Origin: Patescibacteria group bacterium
GTDB lineage: Bacteria > Patescibacteriota > JAQUNI01
NCBI GenBank assembly: GCA_028717685.1
Contig: JAQUNI010000001.1
Location: forward strand, 633,329-697,328
Direction: 5' to 3'
Length of the DNA stretch: 64,000 bases
The stretch's first letter is position 1; the number at the start of each line of letters is the position of its first letter. This document shows positions 1-8,702 of this stretch, piece after piece. Made by a program: the position numbers and the translations under genes. Below the pieces are notes generated by a model that was given only the letters and a program-made list of their open reading frames with translations, made no database searches and was not told the origin of the DNA.

Positions 1-12
1 GCATAGGGGTGA

Positions 13-47
13 TTTATCCCCCACCTATACTATAGGTGGGGGGTGTA
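13..47. repeat. Short palindromic element, TTTATCCCC..CACC/GGTG..GGGG family
   Basis: CCCCCACCTATA-C-TATAGGTGGGGG; similar copies at 370-400 and 4160-4197. Confidence 0.75.
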
Positions 48-899
48 CTAATTTTGCCTTCGGAAAAGGCGGTTTAAAAAAATTCTTGTTTGGAGAGGCA
101 GGAGGGGCACTCTTCTTTTTGTCTTTTCCATGATGGTTTGGGCGTTAAAAAGATGGTATTCATCCTGTCCCAATTTTAATCTTTGATTATAGAACTCTCT
201 GGCTTTTTGAGCAAACCTTTTTTGGATTTTAAGATTTTTAAAACTTAAAGAGCCGCGATAATAACGATATTTAATTAAGCATTGAGGCAGATTGGTAATT
301 TTTTCCCCTGCCGTTAAAAGGGTTAAGTAAAGGTCATAATCTTGGGCATAATAAAATTTTTCGCGATACATCCCCACACCAAAATTTTTGGTGTGGGGAT
401 AAACTCGTTTGTTGCGGAACATAATTGAAGGATGCAGGATACAGTTACGGCGGGTCAAGGTCTGTGCTGTCTTTTGGGGATTATCCTTTTTTAAATAATG
501 ACCGATTTTTTTACCTTGACCGTCAATAAATACAGCGGAACTGCCGATTAAAGACATTTCAGGGTGATTTTCCAAGTAAGAATATTGAATCTGCAAACGT
601 TCAGGCAAAGAGAGATCATCCGCGTCCTGCCGAGCGATGTATTTGCCGCGGGCGACCTTAAGCCCTTCATTTAAAGAACGGGTTAAGCCGAGATTGCGAT
701 TATTCTTGATGATCTTTATTCTTTTATCCTGACTCGCGAACTTTTTTACTATTGACGAAGAATCATCTTCTGAAGCATCGTCAATGATAATAAATTCAAA
801 GTTTGCGAAGCTTTGGTTTAAAATAGAAGAGATGCTGTCTTCTAGGTATTGGGCGCCATTGAAAACAGACATTATGATTGAGATTTGGGGAACTTTCAT
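48..899 (-). CDS. Glycosyltransferase family 2 (GT-A), carrying an in-frame palindromic insertion
   Basis: ISIIMSVFNG, IIIDDAS, RQDADD and QDYDL motifs typical of GT2. Confidence 0.92.
   Translation of the reverse strand: MKVPQISIIMSVFNGAQYLEDSISSILNQSFANFEFIIIDDASEDDSSSIVKKFASQDKRIKIIKNNRNLGLTRSLNEGLKVARGKYIARQDADDLSLPERLQIQYSYLENHPEMSLIGSSAVFIDGQGKKIGHYLKKDNPQKTAQTLTRRNCILHPSIMFRNKRVYPHTKNFGVGMYREKFYYAQDYDLYLTLLTAGEKITNLPQCLIKYRYYRGSLSFKNLKIQKRFAQKAREFYNQRLKLGQDEYHLFNAQTIMEKTKRRVPLLPLQTRIFLNRLFRRQN
370..400. repeat. Palindromic element inside the GT2 coding sequence
   Basis: ATCCCCACACCAAAA-T-TTTTGGTGTGGGGAT, perfect 15-bp arms. Confidence 0.85.
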
Positions 900-904
900 T
901 CTTT

Positions 905-965
905 TAACTTATAACTTGAAACTTGTAACCCAAGACTTGAGTTACAAGTTATAGGTTACAAGTTA
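905..965. repeat. Inverted heptamer-repeat hairpin (TAACTTG x4 / CAAGTTA x4)
   Basis: Left and right tracts are near reverse complements around position 935. Confidence 0.85.
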
Positions 966-1048
966 CAAAAACTTTTAATTGTTAGCTATCGTATTTAGTT
1001 TAGACTAAGTATATCAATATAATATAAGGTTATTCGTTTTTAGAATTT

Positions 1049-2806
1049 TTAGTTTTCTTTCATTTCAAATAATCTTACCCATTTTTCCGTTGCCCGATCT
1101 TTTTCTTCGTGGACGAGTTTTACTTTTTTCAATTCCCGTGGATGATAAACCATCTGCGCCAGAAAGGAGTTAGTCAATTCCTCTGTGCCCAGGGACTGTT
1201 CAAGCGCCCCGCGGAAACTGTAAGCGATTTTGTCTTGAGGCATTTTATAAATAGCAAAATCATCGGAATTAATGAGGAAATATTTGATTCCTTGTTCTTT
1301 CGCATAGGCTGTAGCTTCTTCCTCCCCTTGCCAGTAGATTTTGTTTTGGTCAAAGCCAGTTTTTGCCAGGCGATTTACGGGCGTGAGATTGGTCAAAAAG
1401 TCATAGTAAGGGGCTTCGCCCCAGTTTAAAAAGATTTTTTCTTGCGGCGGCGTATTCGCCTTCATCCATCGCGCCATTGTGTATTCGCCTTCGGTAAGCG
1501 CGGGTTTGATCCAATATTTATAAAGAAAAAGGGAGAAAAAAGAAGGGGCGAGAAGGAGAATTAAGAGAGCGGTGAGGTAGATTTTTTTGTTCACGATCTC
1601 CCTATATTTCTGAAAGTATTTTTTAAAAGCCCAAAGCAAAATTAAGGGCAAAAGAATAAAGATGACTTTATCCGGTGTTTTGAGCATTCCTGACCCGGGA
1701 TTCAAAATAAATAAGATGATTAAAGCTGAAGCCACAACATAATTAAGAAGATGGAATTTTTGGCGATACCAGAAGGCATAGCTAGCTAAAATGGCGGCGG
1801 CAATGTTGAGCAGGCGGGAGCCGCGGTCCATCGTGGTCGCGAGGAAGTAGCTCGCAATAAAGAAGGTCGGGGCAATCACCCTCCTTTTCTCGTAGGCGGC
1901 GTAAAAACCAAAAGGCAGAAAGAAACATAAAACATATAAATCCAAGAATTTTTTGTCTATATCCGTCGGCACAAGGTCTTTGGAATTTTGACCGAGGATA
2001 TAAAGAAGGTCAATGCCCTGCAGTTTGAGCAGTAGATGCTGAAGAAGCTGAAGAATTTGATCATAGAAGACATAACGGCTTAAAACCAAAGTCAGGAAAA
2101 CAAAAACATAAAGTAAAAGAACAGTACTTTTTTTTACCTTTTTGTGTTTTCGGTAGAGGATTTGGAAAATGGAATAAATTAAGAGAAAGGGCAGGGTGAG
2201 TAAAAAGACAGGATTGATATTGAATCCAAGGTAAGCTAAAAGTGAAGAAGCAGCCAAGTAGGGCCAATTTTTTTTCAGGCCAATTTGCCACTTCTCGGAA
2301 GCATTAAATCTTTTCCAGAAAGCGACGACGCAGGTCAAGAACCCCAACATAATAGGAAACTGGATAAGATCATGGGTAAAAGAAACAACTGACAGAGCTT
2401 GCGTTGAAGAGATACCCGTATAGAAAAAAGCGGCGGCGAGTGGAATAAAATAATCATCTTCTTTGGATTCCTCTTTGGTGTTGGGGAGGATGAGATTTTT
2501 CACTAAATAAAAGATCATCACCGCGGTAAGGCTGGAAAGAATAGCGGCGAAAATGCTGACCGCATGAAGCAGATAATCAAAAGGAAAAATTTTGCCGATG
2601 AGCCTTAATAAATAAAGCGTGATATCTTTGTTCTTGAAAGTTAAGGCTTGGGTCGCTTTTTGGCAGTAGATCCAGATTTCGGTGAGATGGGAGGCGTGCC
2701 AGCCGTATTTTTCCCAAAAAGCAATGTCCAAAATAACCCTTTGGAATAATCCGTAAACAAAGATGGTGACGGCCAGCAGCTTGGAATTTTTTAAAAAGTT
2801 TTGCAT
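1049..2806 (-). CDS. Multi-TM GT-C fold glycosyltransferase, STT3/AglB-like (ORF open up to 2914)
   Basis: About 13 TM helices, FTHD loop motif, C-terminal soluble domain WMKANTP..IFLNWGE..YY at the WWDYG position. Confidence 0.6.
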   Translation of the reverse strand: MQNFLKNSKLLAVTIFVYGLFQRVILDIAFWEKYGWHASHLTEIWIYCQKATQALTFKNKDITLYLLRLIGKIFPFDYLLHAVSIFAAILSSLTAVMIFYLVKNLILPNTKEESKEDDYFIPLAAAFFYTGISSTQALSVVSFTHDLIQFPIMLGFLTCVVAFWKRFNASEKWQIGLKKNWPYLAASSLLAYLGFNINPVFLLTLPFLLIYSIFQILYRKHKKVKKSTVLLLYVFVFLTLVLSRYVFYDQILQLLQHLLLKLQGIDLLYILGQNSKDLVPTDIDKKFLDLYVLCFFLPFGFYAAYEKRRVIAPTFFIASYFLATTMDRGSRLLNIAAAILASYAFWYRQKFHLLNYVVASALIILFILNPGSGMLKTPDKVIFILLPLILLWAFKKYFQKYREIVNKKIYLTALLILLLAPSFFSLFLYKYWIKPALTEGEYTMARWMKANTPPQEKIFLNWGEAPYYDFLTNLTPVNRLAKTGFDQNKIYWQGEEEATAYAKEQGIKYFLINSDDFAIYKMPQDKIAYSFRGALEQSLGTEELTNSFLAQMVYHPRELKKVKLVHEEKDRATEKWVRLFEMKEN

Positions 2807-2886
2807 AAAGTAATAGCGTCGATATAAGGAAGACGCCTTTCTTATAATTAGGGGAGCAACAGGGTCGTCCCATTTTGTGATGATGA

Positions 2887-3933
2887 TTATTTTTTGCGCC
2901 CCGATGTTTGCCAATATTTGAGAACCCCTACCCCTAATCCTAGAAGAGCGACATTGTTGCGCAAAATACTGATCGCGGGATAAAGCAGCATCACCCGATC
3001 ATTTTTGCGCCGCAGGGTCCAAATCATAGGAGGTAGGGTGGAGAGAAGGTAAAGCACGGCGAATAAAAAACAACCGAAAAAGAGCAGCGGGTCATTAAAG
3101 ATAACCGCGAAGAGCAGAATGACAGGGATTAAAAAAGCCAGAACAATTTGAAGCTTAATGATATAATCATAAGGATAAGGAGTAATACCTTTTAGATATG
3201 GCCGGAAACGGGCATAGGCATAGGAACGTTTTAAAAAAGCCGAGAGTGTGGGCTTGTAATGATGCCAGGCCTTCGCGCCGGGGTTATAAACCAGCCGACC
3301 GCCAACACGGATCACTCTTGAATTGAATTCTATATCAAAAGAGGAGTTTTTTAAATCAGCACGGAATTGACCAATTTTTCGGAAGATAGACGCGCGGTAA
3401 AGAACATTTGCCGAGGTAAGATGGATTGGACAGCGCGGTTGATGCGCCAGCTTGTATTCTATTTCGGAGCCTGCCAAGCGCGCAATCCACTTGTCTTTTC
3501 GGAATGGTTGTAAGCTACCTCCCACTCCCATTATAACAGGTCTTTGAAATACAGGGAGATTTTTCTGAAGCCACTCCCTTTCAATTTTTACATCCGCTTC
3601 CACGAGGGCGACAAAGTCGTAGCCTTGCGCCTTTTTGAGCCCAAAGTTTAAAGCCGCTGCCTGGCTTTGATGTTTCTGCTGCAGGATTTGGATTTCCGGA
3701 TATCGGCGCGCTAACTCTTGCACTTTTAGGACAGATTGATCACGGGAGCCGTCATTAATAACTAAAATCTTCTTCTGCCAAGCGCCTCTTTGGCTGATGA
3801 TTGCGGAAAGGGATTCTTGAATAAACTCCTCATTATTAAATAAACTTACGATAAAAAGAATTTTTGGGTCGGGAATATTTTTTAGTTGAAGCGGGGCAAT
3901 GTTGTTTTTTTGGTCAGGGATTGAGGGAAACAT
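2887..3933 (-). CDS. Glycosyltransferase family 2 with C-terminal TM helices
   Basis: VINDGSRD, VEAD (DxD variant), FDIEF motifs. Confidence 0.88.
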   Translation of the reverse strand: MFPSIPDQKNNIAPLQLKNIPDPKILFIVSLFNNEEFIQESLSAIISQRGAWQKKILVINDGSRDQSVLKVQELARRYPEIQILQQKHQSQAAALNFGLKKAQGYDFVALVEADVKIEREWLQKNLPVFQRPVIMGVGGSLQPFRKDKWIARLAGSEIEYKLAHQPRCPIHLTSANVLYRASIFRKIGQFRADLKNSSFDIEFNSRVIRVGGRLVYNPGAKAWHHYKPTLSAFLKRSYAYARFRPYLKGITPYPYDYIIKLQIVLAFLIPVILLFAVIFNDPLLFFGCFLFAVLYLLSTLPPMIWTLRRKNDRVMLLYPAISILRNNVALLGLGVGVLKYWQTSGRKK

Positions 3934-4159
3934 AGGGTTTTTTTGGGGATAACTTGCTTTTAGTAAATCGCGAACCCCCGATTTTTAATGGCAATGCCAT
4001 TACTCTTTAGAGACCGCCTTTCATTATAACAAGATCACTTTGTTGTTGCTAGATTTTTACCCTGTGTTATAATACTAGAAGGAAAACAAAATCAAAGAAA
4101 AAGTTTTAAAAAATCTATCATTTCACAGACTGGGAAAAATCATAAAGAGTTTTTTATGA

Positions 4160-4197
4160 TTTATTCTCCGCATCTATAACATAGGTGTGGGGGTATA
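4160..4197. repeat. Degenerate copy of the 13-47 palindromic element
   Basis: TTTATTCTCCGCATCTATAACATAGGTGTGGGGGTATA. Confidence 0.6.
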
Positions 4198-4222
4198 TTT
4201 CCAATTTGTGACTCTAAAAAAA

Positions 4223-4549
4223 GTGGCCGAAAACACAAAGACCCCTCCTTCTCCTCAGGGAGGCAAAGATGTTGAGGAGAATAAAGTTTTAGCGGCAATC
4301 AGCTATCTCTGGATTATTAGTTTGGTAATCCTGCTGATAAAGAAAGAGAGCCCTTTCGCGAAATTTCACGCTAAACAAGGGTTGATTTTATGGATTGCTT
4401 CAGTCGTCTGTTGGATTATTCCAGTGGTGGGTTGGATTTTGAATTTGGTGATTTTCATCTTTATTGTCATTGGTTTTATTCAGGCTATGTCAGGAAAATG
4501 GTGGAAGGTGCCGGGGGTGGGTCAGCTTGCGGAAAAAATCAAAATTTAA
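4223..4549 (+). CDS. DUF4870/Tic20-like small membrane protein
   Basis: ENKVLAAISYL...FAKFHAKQGL...GKWWKVP pattern; GTG 4223 preferred because the 4187 start lies in a repeat. Confidence 0.8.
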   Translation: MAENTKTPPSPQGGKDVEENKVLAAISYLWIISLVILLIKKESPFAKFHAKQGLILWIASVVCWIIPVVGWILNLVIFIFIVIGFIQAMSGKWWKVPGVGQLAEKIKI

Positions 4550-4690
4550 ATTCTCAAAAATTGGCTTTTAGAATTGGAGAGGGTTCTCTTTTGAAAGAGG
4601 CGGATTTCTTGTTGGTTTTATTCCATCATATAATATTGTGGGTGTCAGCTCGTGACGATAAACATTTAAGTTATTCTAAAATTTTAATTT

Positions 4691-6145
4691 GTGTTGAAAA
4701 AGCAAACAAAAATTATCTGCACCATTGGACCAGCATCCAGCAGGATGGAGACTATTTTGACGATGCTGAAAGAAGGGATGGATGTGGCACGGGTTAATTT
4801 TTCCCACGGAACACATGAGGATAACGGCGCTTTGATTCGCAATGTGCGCGGCGCGGCGCGCACATTGGGGAAAGGAGTGGCGATTATCCAAGACCTTCAA
4901 GGGCCGCGCGTGCGCGTAAGCAACATCAAAAAGGGAGGTTTGACATTAAGGGAAGGTGAAACCGTAATTATTACTACCGCGCCCCTTACTCCGCAACAGA
5001 AAAAAAATCAAGATAAGCTCAAGGTTTTTCAGGTTACTTACAAGAAGCTGGATCAAGATCTAAAAAAAGGAAGAGTTATTTTGATTGATGACGGTCTCTT
5101 TAAATTTAAAGTCCTCGCCATTCGCAAGAAAGAGATTAAGTGCCGCGTTTTGATTGGCGGTTTGCTCACTTCCGGGCGAGGAATGAATTTTCCAGGGTCT
5201 GCTTTGGGTTTATCCGCCATCACCCCCAAGGACAGACAGGACTTAGAGTATGGGATCAAGATAGGAGTTGATTTTGTCGCCCTTTCTTTTGTGCAGAGCA
5301 CAGAGGATGTGTTGGCTCTAAGACGTTTGATTAAGGTCTATGAAAATAGGGAAACGCCTCGGACTAAGGTTATCGCCAAGATTGAAAAAGAAGAGGCTTT
5401 AAATAATTTAGAAGCGATTATTGAGGAAGCGGATGGTATTATGGTCGCGCGCGGAGATTTAGGCATTGAAATTGATCCTACGCGCCTGCCCTTAATTCAA
5501 AAAGAGATTATCAGCAAGTGTTTAGCCGCGGCGAAGCCGGTGATCGTGGCTACTCATATGTTGGATTCTATGCAGGATAATCCTCGGCCGACGCGAGCGG
5601 AAATTTCCGACGTTGCCAACAGCGTGATGGACCATGTCGACGCGGTAATGTTGTCCCAAGAAACGGCAACAGGCAAGTATCCTACAGAGGCGGTGAGGTT
5701 TATGGCTCGCACCTGCGCCGAGACCGAGCGCTCGCCCTACGATGATATTATTTATCCCTCTCATCCCACAAAGAAAGAGTTATCGCCGGTTTTAGCGATG
5801 AGTCAGGCGGCTTGCATCTTAGCTGCCAATATTCGCGCCAAGGCGATTTTGGTGACCACGCGCTCTGGTTTTTCCGGTCGGGCGCTTGTGAGCCACAGGC
5901 CGAACGCCGGTTCTATTATCGCCATAACTGGCAGCCCCAATGTTTACCGCGAACTTTTACTTTCTTGGGGTATCACTCCTTATCTTGTTCAGGATTTTCA
6001 CGATAGCCAGATGCTCATCCAGAAGAGCATAAAGACACTTCAGAAAGAAGAACTGGTAAAGGCAGGGGACAGGGTGGTAGTAATGACTGGATTTAAAGAG
6101 CGAGGCAATGGCTGGTCTACATCTTTACGCATCGTGACTGTTTGA
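4691..6145 (+). CDS. pyk: Pyruvate kinase
   Basis: TKIICTIGPAS, RVNFSHG, DLQGP, IAKIE, MVARGDLG, PTRAE motifs. Confidence 0.98.
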   Translation: MLKKQTKIICTIGPASSRMETILTMLKEGMDVARVNFSHGTHEDNGALIRNVRGAARTLGKGVAIIQDLQGPRVRVSNIKKGGLTLREGETVIITTAPLTPQQKKNQDKLKVFQVTYKKLDQDLKKGRVILIDDGLFKFKVLAIRKKEIKCRVLIGGLLTSGRGMNFPGSALGLSAITPKDRQDLEYGIKIGVDFVALSFVQSTEDVLALRRLIKVYENRETPRTKVIAKIEKEEALNNLEAIIEEADGIMVARGDLGIEIDPTRLPLIQKEIISKCLAAAKPVIVATHMLDSMQDNPRPTRAEISDVANSVMDHVDAVMLSQETATGKYPTEAVRFMARTCAETERSPYDDIIYPSHPTKKELSPVLAMSQAACILAANIRAKAILVTTRSGFSGRALVSHRPNAGSIIAITGSPNVYRELLLSWGITPYLVQDFHDSQMLIQKSIKTLQKEELVKAGDRVVVMTGFKERGNGWSTSLRIVTV

Positions 6146-6169
6146 CTTTTTTTATTTTTATATTATAAT
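6142..6169 (+). promoter_or_regulatory. Putative sigma70 promoter
   Basis: TTGACT-16 nt-TATAAT. Confidence 0.5.
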
Positions 6170-6301
6170 TAAAGCACCGTCAGATATGGGTGTTTTTTGG
6201 TTTTTACACAACACCAATGAAAGGAGTGATAGGGTGAAAAGAAGCTTGTACTTCCGTGGGGACTCGTTCTTTGGCATACTGACAATCCATCGCTTTGGGA
6301 G

Positions 6302-6667
6302 GTGATGAATAAATGCGAGGGGATTGGTTTCGTTTTCCGACTTGAATTGTACCTTCAGTGTTTATGTTCTTGGTGCTATCCTAAAAATTTCCTATTATGG
6401 AGGGAAATAAGAATGAATCGACAGATGTTTGAAGACAGCGTTAGAAGTATTATTAAACAGGCTTGCAAAGCGGTCAATTTTTCCTTGGGTGATTTCAAAG
6501 ATGTTGCCTTCTTCTTAAAAGCAGGTAGTACATTAAGGAAAATTGTGAAAATTCCACGCAAAATTGCTAACGCTATTGGTTTGTCGAGAGTTAGATTTGA
6601 GGGTAGTGCGAAATACATCATCGGATTGATCTTGAATGATGTTGGGCATTTACTGAAGGCTACATAA
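6302..6667 (+). CDS. Hypothetical protein, possibly frameshifted at its 5' end
   Basis: Frame open from 6233; AAGGAG plus GTG at 6234 are one base out of frame; terminator follows. Confidence 0.45.
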   Translation: MMNKCEGIGFVFRLELYLQCLCSWCYPKNFLLWREIRMNRQMFEDSVRSIIKQACKAVNFSLGDFKDVAFFLKAGSTLRKIVKIPRKIANAIGLSRVRFEGSAKYIIGLILNDVGHLLKAT

Positions 6668-6696
6668 CCAGTTTTTCATTGTTCCAAAAAATCGTA

Positions 6697-6727
6697 GGGC
6701 GTCGACCTTAGACGCCCTTTTCTTTTT
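6697..6727 (+). terminator. Intrinsic terminator
   Basis: GGGCGTC-loop-GACGCCC followed by a T tract. Confidence 0.7.
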
Positions 6728-6826
6728 GGCTTAAATTGGGTAGAATAAAGAGGAAGGAAGCAGGGATTTAGAAATTACGAATTTTTGTTTTTGATTCCAT
6801 TATTCCCTATTTCTGATTCCATTTTT

Positions 6827-6880
6827 GGAGAGGTCGCATCGGCCCAAGGCCGACCAGCCTAGGGCTGGTAGTGGTCTAGT
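6827..6880 (+). pseudogene. Orphan tRNA-Ser 5' fragment interrupted by a 30-bp double-hairpin element
   Basis: GGAGAGGTCGCAT + CGGCC-CAA-GGCCG ACCAGCC-TAG-GGCTGGT + AGTGGTCTAGT; first 13 nt identical to tRNA-Ser at 7153. Confidence 0.75.
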
Positions 6881-6884
6881 TAAT

Positions 6885-7145
6885 ATGTATTATGTATATA
6901 TATTATTTAGCACGAGGTTAAAAAAAATATACAAGGGTTTCACATCTAATCTTAAAAGAAGATTTTTAAAGCATAATCTAGGTGAAGTTAGATCAACTAA
7001 GAAAGGAATTCCATGGCAGCTGGTGTATTATGAGGCTTTTTTAAGTAAGAGAGACGCTAGGAGAGAAGAGTTATTTTTAAAGTCGGGTAAGGGTAGAGAA
7101 AGGGTGAAATATTTACTTAAGGATATTATGGAATTTAATAAATAA
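6885..7145 (+). CDS. Small stand-alone GIY-YIG nuclease
   Basis: MYYVYIL..IYKGFTSNLKRR..HN..WQLVYYEAF..ARREE..LKSGKGR. Confidence 0.9.
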   Translation: MYYVYILFSTRLKKIYKGFTSNLKRRFLKHNLGEVRSTKKGIPWQLVYYEAFLSKRDARREELFLKSGKGRERVKYLLKDIMEFNK

Positions 7146-7152
7146 TATTTTG

Positions 7153-7238
7153 GGAGAGGTCGCATAGTTGGTTTATTGCGCACGCTTGGAAAGCGTGTAT
7201 GCCGCAAGGCATCGCGAGTTCGAATCTCGCCCTCTCCG
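7153..7238 (+). tRNA. tRNA-Ser(GGA)
   Basis: GGAGAGG/CCTCTCC acceptor stem, CACGC-TTGGAAA-GCGTG anticodon arm, long variable arm ATGCC-GCAA-GGCAT, GTTCGAATC T loop. Confidence 0.95.
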
Positions 7239-7240
7239 CC

Positions 7241-7344
7241 TTCGCCTCGCCGAAGCCCGTAATGGCGGAGGCGGGCTTCGCCACGCTGAAAGCTACGCCC
7301 TGCTGAAGGCGGGCTTCGCTCGGCTACGGCGTGATAAATCCGCC
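7241..7344. repeat. Nested palindromic element at the tRNA 3' end, bounded by TCCGCC direct repeats
   Basis: CGAAGCCCG..CGGGCTTCG hairpins and GGCTACGGCG..AAATCCGCC end; TCCGCC at 7235-7240 and 7339-7344. Confidence 0.7.
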
Positions 7345-7368
7345 AAATATTGTCTATAATAAAAACAT

Positions 7369-7785
7369 ATGAAATTTAATAGTCTAAAACCTGAATTGTA
7401 TGTTTCTAACTTTCAAAAAAGTTTATATTTTTATACAAATTTATTAGGTTTTAAACTCGAATACCAACGCCCTAATCCTTTGTTTGCCTTTCTTTCATAC
7501 CAAGGTAGTCAAATTATGATTCAGCAAGAAGATAATGTTGAAGAATGGCATAATGGAAAACCAGAGTATCCTTATGGGCGAGGATTAAACTTTCAAATAG
7601 AGACAAATGATGTGCAAAGAATTATTGATTCACTTGCGAGCAGTAATTATCCACTAAAAAGAGGAATAAAAGACAGTTGGTACAAAGTGGATAATACATT
7701 ACATGGTTGTCGAGAAATTCTCGTGATGGATCCTGATGGGTATTTATTGAGATTTTCTCAAGGGATAGGCATAAAACAAGAATAA
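7369..7785 (+). CDS. VOC/glyoxalase-bleomycin resistance family protein
   Basis: PELYV..SL.FY..LLGF, YPYGRGLNFQI, REILVMDPDGYLLRF. Confidence 0.9.
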   Translation: MKFNSLKPELYVSNFQKSLYFYTNLLGFKLEYQRPNPLFAFLSYQGSQIMIQQEDNVEEWHNGKPEYPYGRGLNFQIETNDVQRIIDSLASSNYPLKRGIKDSWYKVDNTLHGCREILVMDPDGYLLRFSQGIGIKQE

Positions 7786-7800
7786 AAAATTCTAACTTTG

Positions 7801-7817
7801 TCTCGCGCTCTCCGCCA
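7801..7817 (+). repeat. Duplicated tRNA-Ser 3' end (att-like)
   Basis: TCTCGCGCTCTCCGCCA matches 7225-7240 at 15/16 positions. Confidence 0.75.
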
Positions 7818-7912
7818 AGTTGTGCTTTTAGCGAAATTGAAAGATGTTGCCTCGCACGCTCGAATTTTTATTCCGCCAAAGAAAAATTTAAAAATGGTTT
7901 GCACTATAAAAT

Positions 7913-8641
7913 ATGAGTGATAGACTAATTACAACTTTATTCATGCTTAGCTCTGTTGATGGAAAAATTTCCACTGGTGATACCGATAATATGGATACTG
8001 ATTCTGATTTTCGCAAGATAAAAGGAATAAAAGAGGGAGTTCAGCAGTATTATGATCTTGAAAAAACCACGGATATGCATTTTTTGATCACGGGCAGAGT
8101 GATGACAAAAAATTGCGAATCGTTAAATGTAAATAATAGAAAAGACGAGCCGGCTAAGCTTCCGGCTAACTGCATAATCGTAGACGGAGTTCATTTGCAA
8201 GAAAGTGGCATTCTATATCTTTTAAAAAAGTTTAATTCATTAACTGTCGTAACAGCCAATAGAAATCATCCAGCAGAAAAAGTCAAATCAAAAAATTTAA
8301 AAATAATTAGTTATCAAGATGAGATTAATTTTTTGGATTTATTGAGAAAACTAAAATCGGATTATGGCATTGAAAGATTAACTATCCAGTCTGGGAGCAC
8401 AATGAATGCCGCACTTTTGAGGGCTAATTTAATTGATCATATTTCACTCGTAGTTGCGCCTTGCTTGATTGGTGGGAAAGACACGGTTAGTTTGATTGGC
8501 GGAGAATCATTGCATTCTTTGAATGAGCTAAAACAGATTAAAGCGTTAAAACTCAAGCGGTGCGATGTATTAGAAAATTCGTACTTGCATTTGCAATATG
8601 ATGTTATTAACAAAACAGAAGTTGAAAAATTTGTTATGTAG
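7913..8641 (+). CDS. RibD C-terminal / dihydrofolate reductase family protein
   Basis: MLSSVDGKIS, IQSGSTMNA..L..NLID..S.V.AP..IGG. Confidence 0.85.
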   Translation: MSDRLITTLFMLSSVDGKISTGDTDNMDTDSDFRKIKGIKEGVQQYYDLEKTTDMHFLITGRVMTKNCESLNVNNRKDEPAKLPANCIIVDGVHLQESGILYLLKKFNSLTVVTANRNHPAEKVKSKNLKIISYQDEINFLDLLRKLKSDYGIERLTIQSGSTMNAALLRANLIDHISLVVAPCLIGGKDTVSLIGGESLHSLNELKQIKALKLKRCDVLENSYLHLQYDVINKTEVEKFVM

Positions 8642-8702
8642 ACAGCAAGCGCAATAATCATCTATACCATAATTATAAAAAATATAACAAATAATAAAAA
8701 TT

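Noticed and set aside
6825-6884. N-terminal extension of the GIY-YIG ORF (MERSHRPKADQPRAG)
   Set aside because: It is a translation of the tRNA fragment and palindrome; the likely start is ATG 6885
6827-7152. tRNA intron encoding an endonuclease
   Set aside because: The downstream tRNA is complete on its own, and no group I or II intron core fits in the short flanks
7168-7359. 63-aa ORF
   Set aside because: Overlaps tRNA-Ser and the palindromic element
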